Under the pieces are notes generated by a model, which saw nothing but the letters and a program-made list of their open reading frames with translations, searched no databases and was not told the DNA's origin. A DNA stretch of 64,000 nt from Spirochaetota bacterium (lineage in GTDB: Bacteria; Spirochaetota; UBA4802; JAFGJZ01). Where the stretch lies: the NCBI GenBank assembly GCA_027858855.1, contig JAQIBV010000030.1, forward strand, positions 44,644 through 108,643, in the 5' to 3' direction. Position numbers and translations under genes: made by a program. Numbering within the stretch: position 1 is the stretch's first letter; each line of letters begins with the position of its first letter. Of the stretch, positions 28,850 through 38,500 are shown piece by piece.

Positions 28850-30031
28850 TCATAGCTTCTCGGATCTGTAGTAGGCGATTATCAGCAAAACAGCCAGAAA
28901 CGGCAGTAGATATAGCCCACGTGAAAGGCCCAGATGTTCACTCAGTGTGCCGGCAAGAAAGGGCAGCAGGGATGCGCCGAAGTTTGTGCTTGCAAAAAGT
29001 GTGCCGGTTGCCAGGTCGATCTCGCCGGTATGGCGACGGATGACACTGTTCTGTAAAATGGGAAAGAGTCCTGAAAGTGTCAGACCGGTCAGGGGAATAA
29101 AAATATAGTGTCCATAAAAGCTTATGGGATAAATAAATGCAGGTACGATTGTTAAAAGAGTCGCTATCGAAAGAATTGCGAAGAGCTTATCTTGGCGAAT
29201 ATGGTGAGACAGAACAGCAGATATTAACCTTCCACCTGTAAAAAGGGCAAAGAAGAAAACCATAACCGACGAGACGTGCTCTTTATCCTTGCCAAGAAAG
29301 ATTTCCAGAAAAGTAGGCGCCCAGTTTATTATGGAAAATTCCAACCCTACATAACAGATTGCAGATATTGCGTAAAAGAGCATCAATTTCGAAGCAATTA
29401 GCGGAAGTCTGAATTTTGGTTTTCCAGCTGAATTAGTTTCAACTTTTTCTGCTTTGTTATTATTGTTTGGAAAGGCCGAAAAGATAAATAGAACGACAAT
29501 TAGCATCGAAAGCGTAGAAAAGGTGAGGTAGACATAGCGCCAGGAACCAGAAAAGTCGAGTATCCGTTTTGTGGTTAACAGTGCTGTGATTGCACCTGCA
29601 CCAAAGAAGAAGTGTAACAGATGGATAGAACTTTCGCGAAAACGGTAGGCATGTGTGTGAAAGAAGGCGGATATACCGATGTGCGAACCTAAAATTGTTA
29701 TAAGAGTGGCGAATCCCAGAAAAAAACTTACAGAAAGAAAGACCGGATAGCTAGGAGAGACCGCCAGCGCAACCTGCAGAAGTGTTAGAAGCAGTGTTCC
29801 GCAAATTAAAATCAGTTTTCTGTTGAACATCTTGTAAAGATAGCCGCCGAAAAAGGCACCGGTCAGTGCAGGGATTAGAGGAACCAAAAACATTATCCCA
29901 GAGGTCTGATAGTTTATAGAGAAATCTCGGCTGATCTCTGGCAGCAGATATCCGCGGATGGCGATATTGATACCCAGAAAGAATTGTAACAGATAGGCTG
30001 TAAAGACAAGAAGCAAGTCGCGTTTTTTCAT
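28850..30031 (-). CDS. MFS transporter (FucP/TsgA-like)
   Basis: About 12 hydrophobic helices; LHFFFGAGA, YVGLEFSIINWAPTFL and FTGGR motifs. Confidence 0.88.
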   Translation of the reverse strand: MKKRDLLLVFTAYLLQFFLGINIAIRGYLLPEISRDFSINYQTSGIMFLVPLIPALTGAFFGGYLYKMFNRKLILICGTLLLTLLQVALAVSPSYPVFLSVSFFLGFATLITILGSHIGISAFFHTHAYRFRESSIHLLHFFFGAGAITALLTTKRILDFSGSWRYVYLTFSTLSMLIVVLFIFSAFPNNNNKAEKVETNSAGKPKFRLPLIASKLMLFYAISAICYVGLEFSIINWAPTFLEIFLGKDKEHVSSVMVFFFALFTGGRLISAVLSHHIRQDKLFAILSIATLLTIVPAFIYPISFYGHYIFIPLTGLTLSGLFPILQNSVIRRHTGEIDLATGTLFASTNFGASLLPFLAGTLSEHLGLSRGLYLLPFLAVLLIIAYYRSEKL

Positions 30032-30578
30032 TGATTACCTACAATAGGGCAAGTTTCTGTGCTGATCATTCAGCATAGAAACTTGATTAAAATTTTAACT
30101 ATTAGGTGATCCTAATAGGGAGTCGAAAGTGGTATCTGTTAACAGAATCGTATTGTTCTCTTGAGCAAGTAATTTATTCAGGAAATACTGTCCAGTATAA
30201 GTATACCATCAAATCCGATTTTTTAAAATAATAGTGGAGTTTTTAACAGGCACAAAAGCAGGCCCTATATGTCAGCATAGTTGAAGCTTCTAATAACAAG
30301 GAGGCTACATAAATATCAATTACATCCCATCTTCATATTAATTCTAAACCTTGGTATTCGTTGCGTATAGTAACGGAGTGATATATGATTGCAAGTGCCA
30401 ATCGACATGAGTAGTGAAAACGCTACGTCGAAAGCCAGCGGAAAGCGCTATCCATTACCGAGGGCACAGAAACCGATAATAGAAGATTCAGCAACAGACG
30501 GAAAGATAGAAATACTTTGGAACAACTCGCTGCGCATTTTCTTCTTGCCTTAAAAATAATAACGCATACAGTTTGTCA

Positions 30579-31188
30579 ATGATACATGGACACGACATTC
30601 GCTACAAAAAACTCTTTTCCAATGTGGAGCTGCTTGAGCAGCTTGTTCGGACATTTGTTGCCGAGCCGTTTGTTGCGGATCTTGATTTCTCTGAAGCTGT
30701 CAAGATAGACAAATCGTTTATCAGCGCAATTTATACCCTCGTTCCGGTACTATAAGATAGCAGAGAATGAATTTGATCAGACATATCTACTATCGCTCAA
30801 GAACGCGGTATCGGCACTGTTTTATGTGGAAAACATGGGAAAAGAAGAAATTGTTAGCAAGCTTGATGTTATTTTTAAGATAATGGAAAAAGAGAAGCCG
30901 GATTTACTGAAGTTGATTACCTTGTTTATACGCAACTATTTTCAAGATGATGAGGATTTGACCGATGTAATGAATCGGAAAAACGTAGAAGAAAAGGAGG
31001 CAAAAGAGATGCTTTCACAGACAATAGAACGATGGAAAGATGAACTCGTAACTGAGGGAATAGGTCAGGGCGAACGCCATAAAGCAATAGAGAGTGCCCG
31101 CAGCATGCTGAATGATGGCATGCCAGTGCAGCAGATTGCAAAATATACAGGATTATCCGTTGATGAAATAGAATCGTTGAAGATCTAA
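30579..31188 (+). pseudogene. Rpn/YhgA-like PD-(D/E)XK nuclease pseudogene with an internal deletion
   Basis: N-terminal HDIRYKKLFSN..LDFS..KSFIS is joined out of frame to IPSFRYYKIAENEF... and the typical tail ARSMLNDGMPVQQIAKYTGLSVDEI. The catalytic middle is absent. Confidence 0.8.
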
Positions 31189-31189
31189 A

Positions 31190-31450
31190 AGAAATGCAGA
31201 CTCAGAAATATCTTCTCGTGCACCTCTCGAACAAATTATTTCCATCCAGGTTCAGCCTTTATGTCATCAAAAAAATGGTCTGTATGGCGTATGCCTGTAG
31301 GAGGATCTTTTAATAACTCCTGATATCTTTTTTCTGATTCATTAAGCTAGGCGAGGCGGTATCTATCTCGTTGATATCCTGATCGTGTACGCTTTGAAAC
31401 AGGAGTCTTAAACTAGGCTCGTAGCACGGCTCTGTGAGGTACGTGCCTTG
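31190..31450 (-). pseudogene. Decayed type II toxin-antitoxin remnant (TIGR02574-like antitoxin plus ParE/RelE-like N-terminus)
   Basis: Frameshifted fragments LLFQSVHDQDINEIDTA / LNESEKRYQELL / FDDIKAEPGWK*, overlapping ATG 31245 MEIICSRGAREDISESA. Confidence 0.55.
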
Positions 31451-31477
31451 TGTGGGTATCTCTATTTTCCCGGATCA

Positions 31478-31509
31478 AAAGAAATGCACGGATAACCGTG
31501 CATTTCTTT
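31478..31509 (-). terminator. Intrinsic terminator after the MCP gene
   Basis: 14-bp stem aaagaaatgcacgg-ataa-ccgtgcatttcttt. Confidence 0.8.
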
Positions 31510-31526
31510 GTTGTGAATTTACTATT

Positions 31527-33053
31527 TTATTCTTCAGTATCGGTAATTTTAAAGTACTCGACAGTCTGATTCAGTTTAACTGCATGATCCTTCAGCAGGT
31601 CAGAGGTGGAGGCCAGCTCTTCTGAAGAGGCAGCCGTATCTTGAGCAGCCTGGCTTAGCTGATTCATACCGGTGTTAATCTGGGTCGCTCCTGCGTCCTG
31701 CTCTTCAGATGCAACCGTAATGTTTTGAACCAGGTCGGCAGTTTTGATTATTTCGGGAACAATCGTCTGTAACAGTGAGCCTGCTTCATGAGCAACGGTA
31801 ACTGATTTTACAGCAAGATCCCGGATTTCAACTGCGGCAAACTGACTCTTCTCGGCCAGCTTGCGCACCTCACTTGCGACAACAGCAAAACCCTTACCGT
31901 GTTCACCGGCACGGGCGGCCTCTATTGCCGCGTTAAGGGCCAATAGATTTGTCTGGTATGCGATATCCTCTACAATGTGAATTTTTTCGGCTATCTGATT
32001 CATGGCCTCGACAGTCTCTTCAACTGCTTTTTCTCCCTCTTTCGTGCTCTTTGCCGATTCGTGGGCTATGCGGTCGGTCTCGCGGGCGTTCTGAGAGTTC
32101 TGAGTAATTGCTGACCCGATCTCTTCCATGGTTGAAGAGATCTCTTCCATATTCGCAGCCTGCTCGTTTGCCGCCTCGCTAAGGCGAATTGCCGTCTGGT
32201 TTATCTCTTCTGAAGATCCTGAAAGAATCTGGGTACTGCGTAAAATGCTGCGTATCACATTGGATACCTCTTTTTGCATCTTGTCCATTGCGTCAGAGAG
32301 GCGGCCTATCTCATCCTTGCCATGATTCTTGATTTTGGAGGTTAAATCACCGTTCGAGATACGTTCGGCAACCTTTACATTTTCAATAATGGGGCCTGTA
32401 ATCAGGACTGTAATCAAAATTATGATGATGATAAAAACAGCGGTAATCACCGCTAGAATTAGTATAACCTCTTGCATCAATACTTTAAACTGGGCATCTA
32501 CCTCTTCCACATAGATGCCGGTTCCAACTATCCAGCCCCATTTTTTAAAGGGTTTAACATACGAATACTTCGGTACGACATGGTCACCATCCTTGGCCTT
32601 CCACCAGTATTCGAAGAATCCACCCTCTTTGTTTTGAGCCAGATCGACAGTTATTTGAAAAATTTTGTTTCCGTACGGATCCTCATAGTCAGAGAGGTTA
32701 CGGTCATTAAGATCGTTCGTGGTGGGGTGCATTACTATGCGCGGTTCAAAGTCATTTATCCAGACATAGTCAGAGTCGTCATCTCCATAGCGTAAATTTC
32801 TTATGATATTTTTTGCGTGTTCCTGAGCTGTCTCCAGGTCGAATTCGCCGTTCTGATGCCGCCGTTCAATACTTTCGATAATATTAACTGCGGCGTAGGC
32901 GATGTTTTTAACCTTATCCTTCTTTTCATCAAGAATGTTCTGTTTCATGTCGGGCAAAAAGAAAAAGACAAAATAGGAGATGATTACAGTAATCATCATA
33001 AGAAAAGGCAGCAGAATTTTAAACTTGAGTGAGATGTTGTTCCATAGTTTCAT
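31527..33053 (-). CDS. Methyl-accepting chemotaxis protein with a Cache-2-type sensor domain
   Basis: [21 protein letters not shown]; DEIG HAMP; [30 protein letters not shown]. Confidence 0.96.
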   Translation of the reverse strand: MKLWNNISLKFKILLPFLMMITVIISYFVFFFLPDMKQNILDEKKDKVKNIAYAAVNIIESIERRHQNGEFDLETAQEHAKNIIRNLRYGDDDSDYVWINDFEPRIVMHPTTNDLNDRNLSDYEDPYGNKIFQITVDLAQNKEGGFFEYWWKAKDGDHVVPKYSYVKPFKKWGWIVGTGIYVEEVDAQFKVLMQEVILILAVITAVFIIIIILITVLITGPIIENVKVAERISNGDLTSKIKNHGKDEIGRLSDAMDKMQKEVSNVIRSILRSTQILSGSSEEINQTAIRLSEAANEQAANMEEISSTMEEIGSAITQNSQNARETDRIAHESAKSTKEGEKAVEETVEAMNQIAEKIHIVEDIAYQTNLLALNAAIEAARAGEHGKGFAVVASEVRKLAEKSQFAAVEIRDLAVKSVTVAHEAGSLLQTIVPEIIKTADLVQNITVASEEQDAGATQINTGMNQLSQAAQDTAASSEELASTSDLLKDHAVKLNQTVEYFKITDTEE

Positions 33054-33184
33054 CTTGGTATCCTCTGATTTGTTAAGAACTGGTAGTATTTAAATTAAAT
33101 AAAAGTGAAATTACGTTATCTTCCCAAACGAAAAAAATCCGTTAGTATTGCATTTTTATAATGTTATCTTTATAATTCAGGCAA

Positions 33185-33260
33185 TAGGGAACATCGAAAA
33201 ATTACAGGAGAACTTTTGAAAAGTTCAAAATTCCGTAAGATAACCTTCCTGAAAGAGCCC
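33185..33260. repeat. Diverged family A terminal segment
   Basis: tagggaacatcgaaaaattac...aaaattccgtaagataacctt...aaagagccct resembles 27268-27348. Confidence 0.55.
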
Positions 33261-33554
33261 TGTGCTTAATAATAATCAAATGAGTAATATTTTCAAACAA
33301 AAAGCCTGATTTTTTTCTGCATTTATTGTTAAAAGCAAAAATAACTTATGATTCGAGCGTTTTTCGTGGTGGGGAAAAACACTTTTTATTTTGAATCATA
33401 ATAAACTTTCAGGTTTTTCTTTGTTTCATAGAGTTGCTTCTCTGTTTGGGAATTTTTTAAATTCAGCAACAGTTGTAGGAGAGTTACCAGGAAAATATTC
33501 AAATGGCCCTTCGCAAAGTGTTGACAGCAACATAAATTGCTTTAATAAAACAGT

Positions 33555-35462
33555 ATGATAACAAAAAAGTTTGTACTGACAGTTCGGATCATTACCCTTA
33601 CTGTGTTCATTCAATTTTATCCACACCTGCTTCTGTGTGACAACACAGTGAAAAGCGACAAGCTGATTGATACGGCTATTGACAAAAGTCTGCATCAGCA
33701 TCCCTATTGGCGTTCCCTGCTTCATTATAAACCGTTATCTCTCGTTAAAAGAACGTACAACGCTGAAGTCGTTAGTGAAATCGATTCTGATGATTTTTTT
33801 CTTTCATATAATGGCCGCAACAATCCATATGAAGAGTTGATTACTTCGATACGCATATTACTGGTTGAGCGTGACAAAGATGCAATTAACCGTTTTCCGG
33901 CAAGAACCCGCTGGCTTTCAGAACAGCTTAACCCTGCCGATTTTGATCTGGACAATTATTTTGATGACACGTATAGATCCATGGCCGCTTCGGCCGACCG
34001 CTTAGATAGTGTGAAACTGATCTATGCCGGTGAGTATCTGGGAAACCCGGCATCCATGTTCGGCCATACCTTTTTGCGGATTGATTTTACAGATGAAACT
34101 CCTCTTTTGGGAACAACTGTAGAGTTTTCGGCCGACACCGGGAATGCGGGCTTTTTTCCTTATGTGATTAAGGGGGTCACCGGCGGTTTTCAAGGATTCT
34201 ATCGCCTGAATAAATATTACATGAAGGTGCGTGACTACTCGTACGCGGAGTCCAGATCTGTCTGGGAGTATGAGCTTAATTTGACACAGAGTGAGTACAG
34301 GCGCCTTCTGGATCATATTATTGAAATTAACGAGAGCAGTTCCGACTACTATTTTTTTACCGCGAACTGTTCCTATGCGATTCTGTATCTTCTAGAGATC
34401 GCAAGGCCGGGGCTTTCGTTGATAAAAAAATTGTCTTTTCCGGTGATTCCCCTCGATACCCTGAAGCTGGTTAATAGTTCAGGTCTGATATCGGGGGTGC
34501 AGTACAGGCCATCCATCAGAGAGCGACTAGAGAAACGTTCAGAATCTATGAACAGAACCGATCTTTCGAGGGCTGCTGCCGTTGCCCGGGAAGAAGAGAG
34601 CGGCGAGAGTGTTGTAAATGAATCAGAGCTCTCTGTCGAGCGAAAGGCTGCAATTCTCGATTTTTCGCGGGAGTATTATCACTATCTTAATTTCCCGAGA
34701 GTAACTGCAGAGACCTTTCAAGCCTATCAGCAACTGATTATGTCACATAGCCGCTTAAGAAACAGGGTCGATCTGGTTTCTGATGATGTGCAGGTAGAGC
34801 GGAGTGATCCTCTCGATTCCCACGATAATTCGCTCTTTTCTGTAGGAGCTGGGTTAAAGGGGACGGAGGAGTATATTTATGGACAGTATCGCTTCGCCTA
34901 CCATGCTATGAGCGATCCGGTCTCCGGATATAACCCCCGGGCCTCATTTGTAGCAGGCGAGACAGAGCTTCGTTTATATAATGAAGATGAGGGCTATCAT
35001 GTCCAGGTGGAAAGGGTGAGTTTATTTGATATCCGCTCTTTTTCACCAATACGTAGCTTTTCGGCATCGCCCTCATATATATTATCGATAGGCTTAAACC
35101 GAACTGCACATTCTAAGGATGAGCTTGTACCTGTTTTGCAGGTTGGTGCCGGTGGAGCTATCGTTCCGGTTGAACCACTAATGCTCTATTTAGTGCCTGG
35201 AATTAAGGCCGATTATAAAGACTCTCCTGATGTTGCTTTCTCTCTGGCTGCAGGGGCACACTGGGTTCCCCATGACCGGTTGGTAATCTATGCGGAAAGT
35301 TCCGTCATCCGGTTTTTACAAAATAAGCCATACCTTGAAATCGTTACTGAGGCTGGAGCTACATTCTCTGTAAATAGATCATTTGCTCTAAATATTAGAG
35401 GCAACTATTCGTATATTATGAATAAAACCGATATAAAAGCCGGAATTTCACTCTTTTTTTAA
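33555..35462 (+). CDS. DUF4105 (Lnb N-acyltransferase-like) protein with a probable C-terminal beta-barrel
   Basis: HPYWRSLLHY, RFPAR, SMFGHTFLRI, RSVWEYEL and YYFFTANCS motifs; alternating beta pattern with a terminal Phe. Confidence 0.82.
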   Translation: MITKKFVLTVRIITLTVFIQFYPHLLLCDNTVKSDKLIDTAIDKSLHQHPYWRSLLHYKPLSLVKRTYNAEVVSEIDSDDFFLSYNGRNNPYEELITSIRILLVERDKDAINRFPARTRWLSEQLNPADFDLDNYFDDTYRSMAASADRLDSVKLIYAGEYLGNPASMFGHTFLRIDFTDETPLLGTTVEFSADTGNAGFFPYVIKGVTGGFQGFYRLNKYYMKVRDYSYAESRSVWEYELNLTQSEYRRLLDHIIEINESSSDYYFFTANCSYAILYLLEIARPGLSLIKKLSFPVIPLDTLKLVNSSGLISGVQYRPSIRERLEKRSESMNRTDLSRAAAVAREEESGESVVNESELSVERKAAILDFSREYYHYLNFPRVTAETFQAYQQLIMSHSRLRNRVDLVSDDVQVERSDPLDSHDNSLFSVGAGLKGTEEYIYGQYRFAYHAMSDPVSGYNPRASFVAGETELRLYNEDEGYHVQVERVSLFDIRSFSPIRSFSASPSYILSIGLNRTAHSKDELVPVLQVGAGGAIVPVEPLMLYLVPGIKADYKDSPDVAFSLAAGAHWVPHDRLVIYAESSVIRFLQNKPYLEIVTEAGATFSVNRSFALNIRGNYSYIMNKTDIKAGISLFF

Positions 35463-35488
35463 TAAAAAGCCCGAATGGGCTTTTTATT
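35461..35488 (+). terminator. Bidirectional intrinsic terminator
   Basis: aataaaaagccc-gaat-gggctttttatt at the stop codon. Confidence 0.8.
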
Positions 35489-35574
35489 AGTTGATTAATT
35501 CTGATAATGTGATATTATTGTAATAATAATGTTCGGATAGTATGTAAGTTGTGCTGTTCCTATGGAGGTAGGTC

Positions 35575-38500
35575 ATGAAAATTTTATTTAAAATCTTGTT
35601 AGCTTTATTGATTACAGGCAGTCTTTTAGCTGTTGCAGTTTCATGTAGCAGTGGTGGCGGTAGTGGCGCCAAAGAGGTGGTTGAAGAAGAGTCGCCCAAA
35701 GAGCCGCCTTCTGATGATGGAACGCCCAGTGGAGACACTGTTGCTCCAAATGTTGTGAGCATTGAACCTGTGAACGCTGCTTCGGTACGTTTTACATTTA
35801 ATGAAAAAATAACAGAAGCATCGGCCGAAAAGGCAGCTAATTACGCGATCTCTTCTGATTCCACTTCACATACAATAAAAGTAGTCGATGTGAAAGACAA
35901 AAACGTTACGGTTACGGTATCACCACTGCTGCGCAGTGGTATTACATATACCGGCCTGGCTAAGAATATTGAAGATTTGTCAGGAAACAGCATGAAAGCA
36001 CAGTCTAAAACTTTTTCAGGTGTTAGTTCTGCTGTTTCGTCACCTGCAGTTTCTGCTGATCCTGATATGGATCCCGATGGGGATAATGATGGAGATGGAA
36101 TTTCAAACGGTGACGAGCTTGACCTTGGCACCGATCCTGATAATCCTGATAGTGATGGTGACGGTGTTGATGATGCACTTGATCCTGAACCTGCCGGCAC
36201 CGAGGTTTCGCTGACTCTGAGCACTCTTCCTCAAAACCCGACCAATAATGTATCAGCAACTATTGCTGTTGATGGAGTAAATGCTGTAAAATACCGTTAT
36301 GCACTCAATAGCGACACCCTCGGCGCTGAACAGAATATATCCGATTCTATCGAGCTGTCGGCTCTTGCAGATGGTGAGCAGACCCTGAAGGTTATTGGTA
36401 TGAACCAGCTGGGTGACTGGCAGAGCATTAGTGACGCCGTAACTTTTCAGTGGGTAGTTGATACGATTGCTCCGGTTGCCGAACTGACAAATACTCCGAA
36501 TGCAATTACCAATCAGAACTCCATCGATATTGATGTTCGCGGGCAGAGTGGTGATACCATCGTTGCCTATAAATATGTTCTGGATGAATTTGAAAGTGAT
36601 GTTGTTGCCGCAGACAGTGATATTAGTTGGACCGAATTTAATGATGGCGATCACATCCTTAAGGTTGTGGCCGTGGATCGTGCTGGTAACTGGCAGTCAA
36701 TGGGCAGTGCTTCTCAAATATCATGGAATATTGACACTACCATGCCTGTTGCTGCGATTTCGGGAATAAATGATTCGGTTGCAACTAATGATACTGAGGA
36801 GTATGCAGCAATCAGTGATGTTGTATCCTATAAATACCGATTTAACGGCTCTTCCTGGAGTGCTGAAACAGATTCCACAGTTGCTATTGAGCTTACATCT
36901 CTTATTGAAGGCGAACAAAGTCTTGAGGTTATTGGTAAAAATGAGGCCGGCACATGGCAGCCGGATACTAACCCTACGGTTATTAACTGGACTGTCGATC
37001 TGACACCACCGGCAATACGTTTTGTAGTTGAGCCTGAAGAGTACACCAACAGCACAAAACCGGTGATTACCGTTCAGGCAGGTGAGGGAGTCACAGACCT
37101 GGCACGTTACAAATATCGAATCGATGGTGGTGAGTGGAGCTCTCCGGTTCAGGCAGTAGAGGCTGTAACCTTTTCTGACGATTTGGCTGAAGGACTGCGC
37201 ACCGTCTCCGTTAAAGGTATCGATGGAACAGGAAACGAGCAGCCAGACACGGCGGCCATCTCTACAAGTTTTACTGTAGATATAACTCCGCCGGTAGTGG
37301 ATTTTGAACCGGTAGCCTCCCTTCCGGGAGCCGTGACAAATTCACAAAATGAAGAGGTTTATATTTCAAGTGATGATATCGTTTCTTACAGATATAAACT
37401 CAACGATGGCAGCTGGAGTGAGCAGCTTGACCCTTCAGTGCCAGTACTGCTTGATTCATCTGAACTGACAGAGCGTTCTCACCTTCTTTCGATCGTTGGT
37501 AAAGACAGAGCCGGCAACGAGCAGAGTCAGTTAAGTGCAACTACTTATGGCTGGGTTGTTGATATTACATCACCCGCTTCAGTTGAGGTTACCAATTTAC
37601 CTTCTCTTAATACCAGTTCGGGTTCTGTAGATGCAGTAGTTTCTGATAATGACGGTGATGTAGTCTCTTACTGGTATCGTATCGGATCGGCTGACTGGAC
37701 ACCTGCTACCATCGGCACGCCAATTAGCTATAACTCTCTTGCTGAGGGAGACTACACCCTGTATGTGAAGGCGCTGGATGAGGCCGGTAATGTTTCTGAT
37801 GTTCAGTTTGAGTATCTCTGGACTGTTGACAGAACTGCGCCTACTGCTGTAATAGCGGCTGGTCCGCAACCTTCGACTCCGACAAATGATACAGGTCTGT
37901 ATGTTCTTGTTGGTGGAGATGATGTTATTGCATATCAGTACAGTCTTGATGGAGCTGCCTGGAGTAGTGAACGAGATATCAGCTCGCCGATAACAGCAGC
38001 TGACCTTGTAGAGAAAGAGTATATCCTTAAAATTAAGGGAAAAGATATTGCAGGCAACTGGCAGGAGGAGATCTCTGCGACACAGCTTCTTTGGAGTGTC
38101 GATTTAACACCACCTTCTGCTGCTGTCATAAGCGGGCTTCCTGCTGCGTTTACAAACAATGAAAATCATACACTGGGTGTAGGCGGGGATGATGTTTTTG
38201 AGTACAGATATCAGGTTAATGGCTCGGCCCTGAGTGATTTTATCCCCGTTTCTGAAGATATTGTATTAACTGATCTTTTAGATGATGTGTATCAGATCAG
38301 TGTTATCGGATATGATCAGGCCGGAAATCAGCAGGGTGTGGCAACATCAGCCTCCTTTACTGTAGACACAATTGCACCTGCAGCGGTCGCTGTTACGGAT
38401 GCGGGTCAATATTCGGGCACGACTGCTCTTGAATTCGGATGGACTATTCCATCGGAAATTGAAGACATCAGGATACAGGTTGCTACAGATTCTGAATTTA

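Noticed and set aside
36200-38400. DNA-level tandem repeat or diversity-generating target in the giant lipoprotein
   Set aside because: The repeats are evident only at protein level and are highly diverged; no reverse transcriptase or template repeat was seen in the window.
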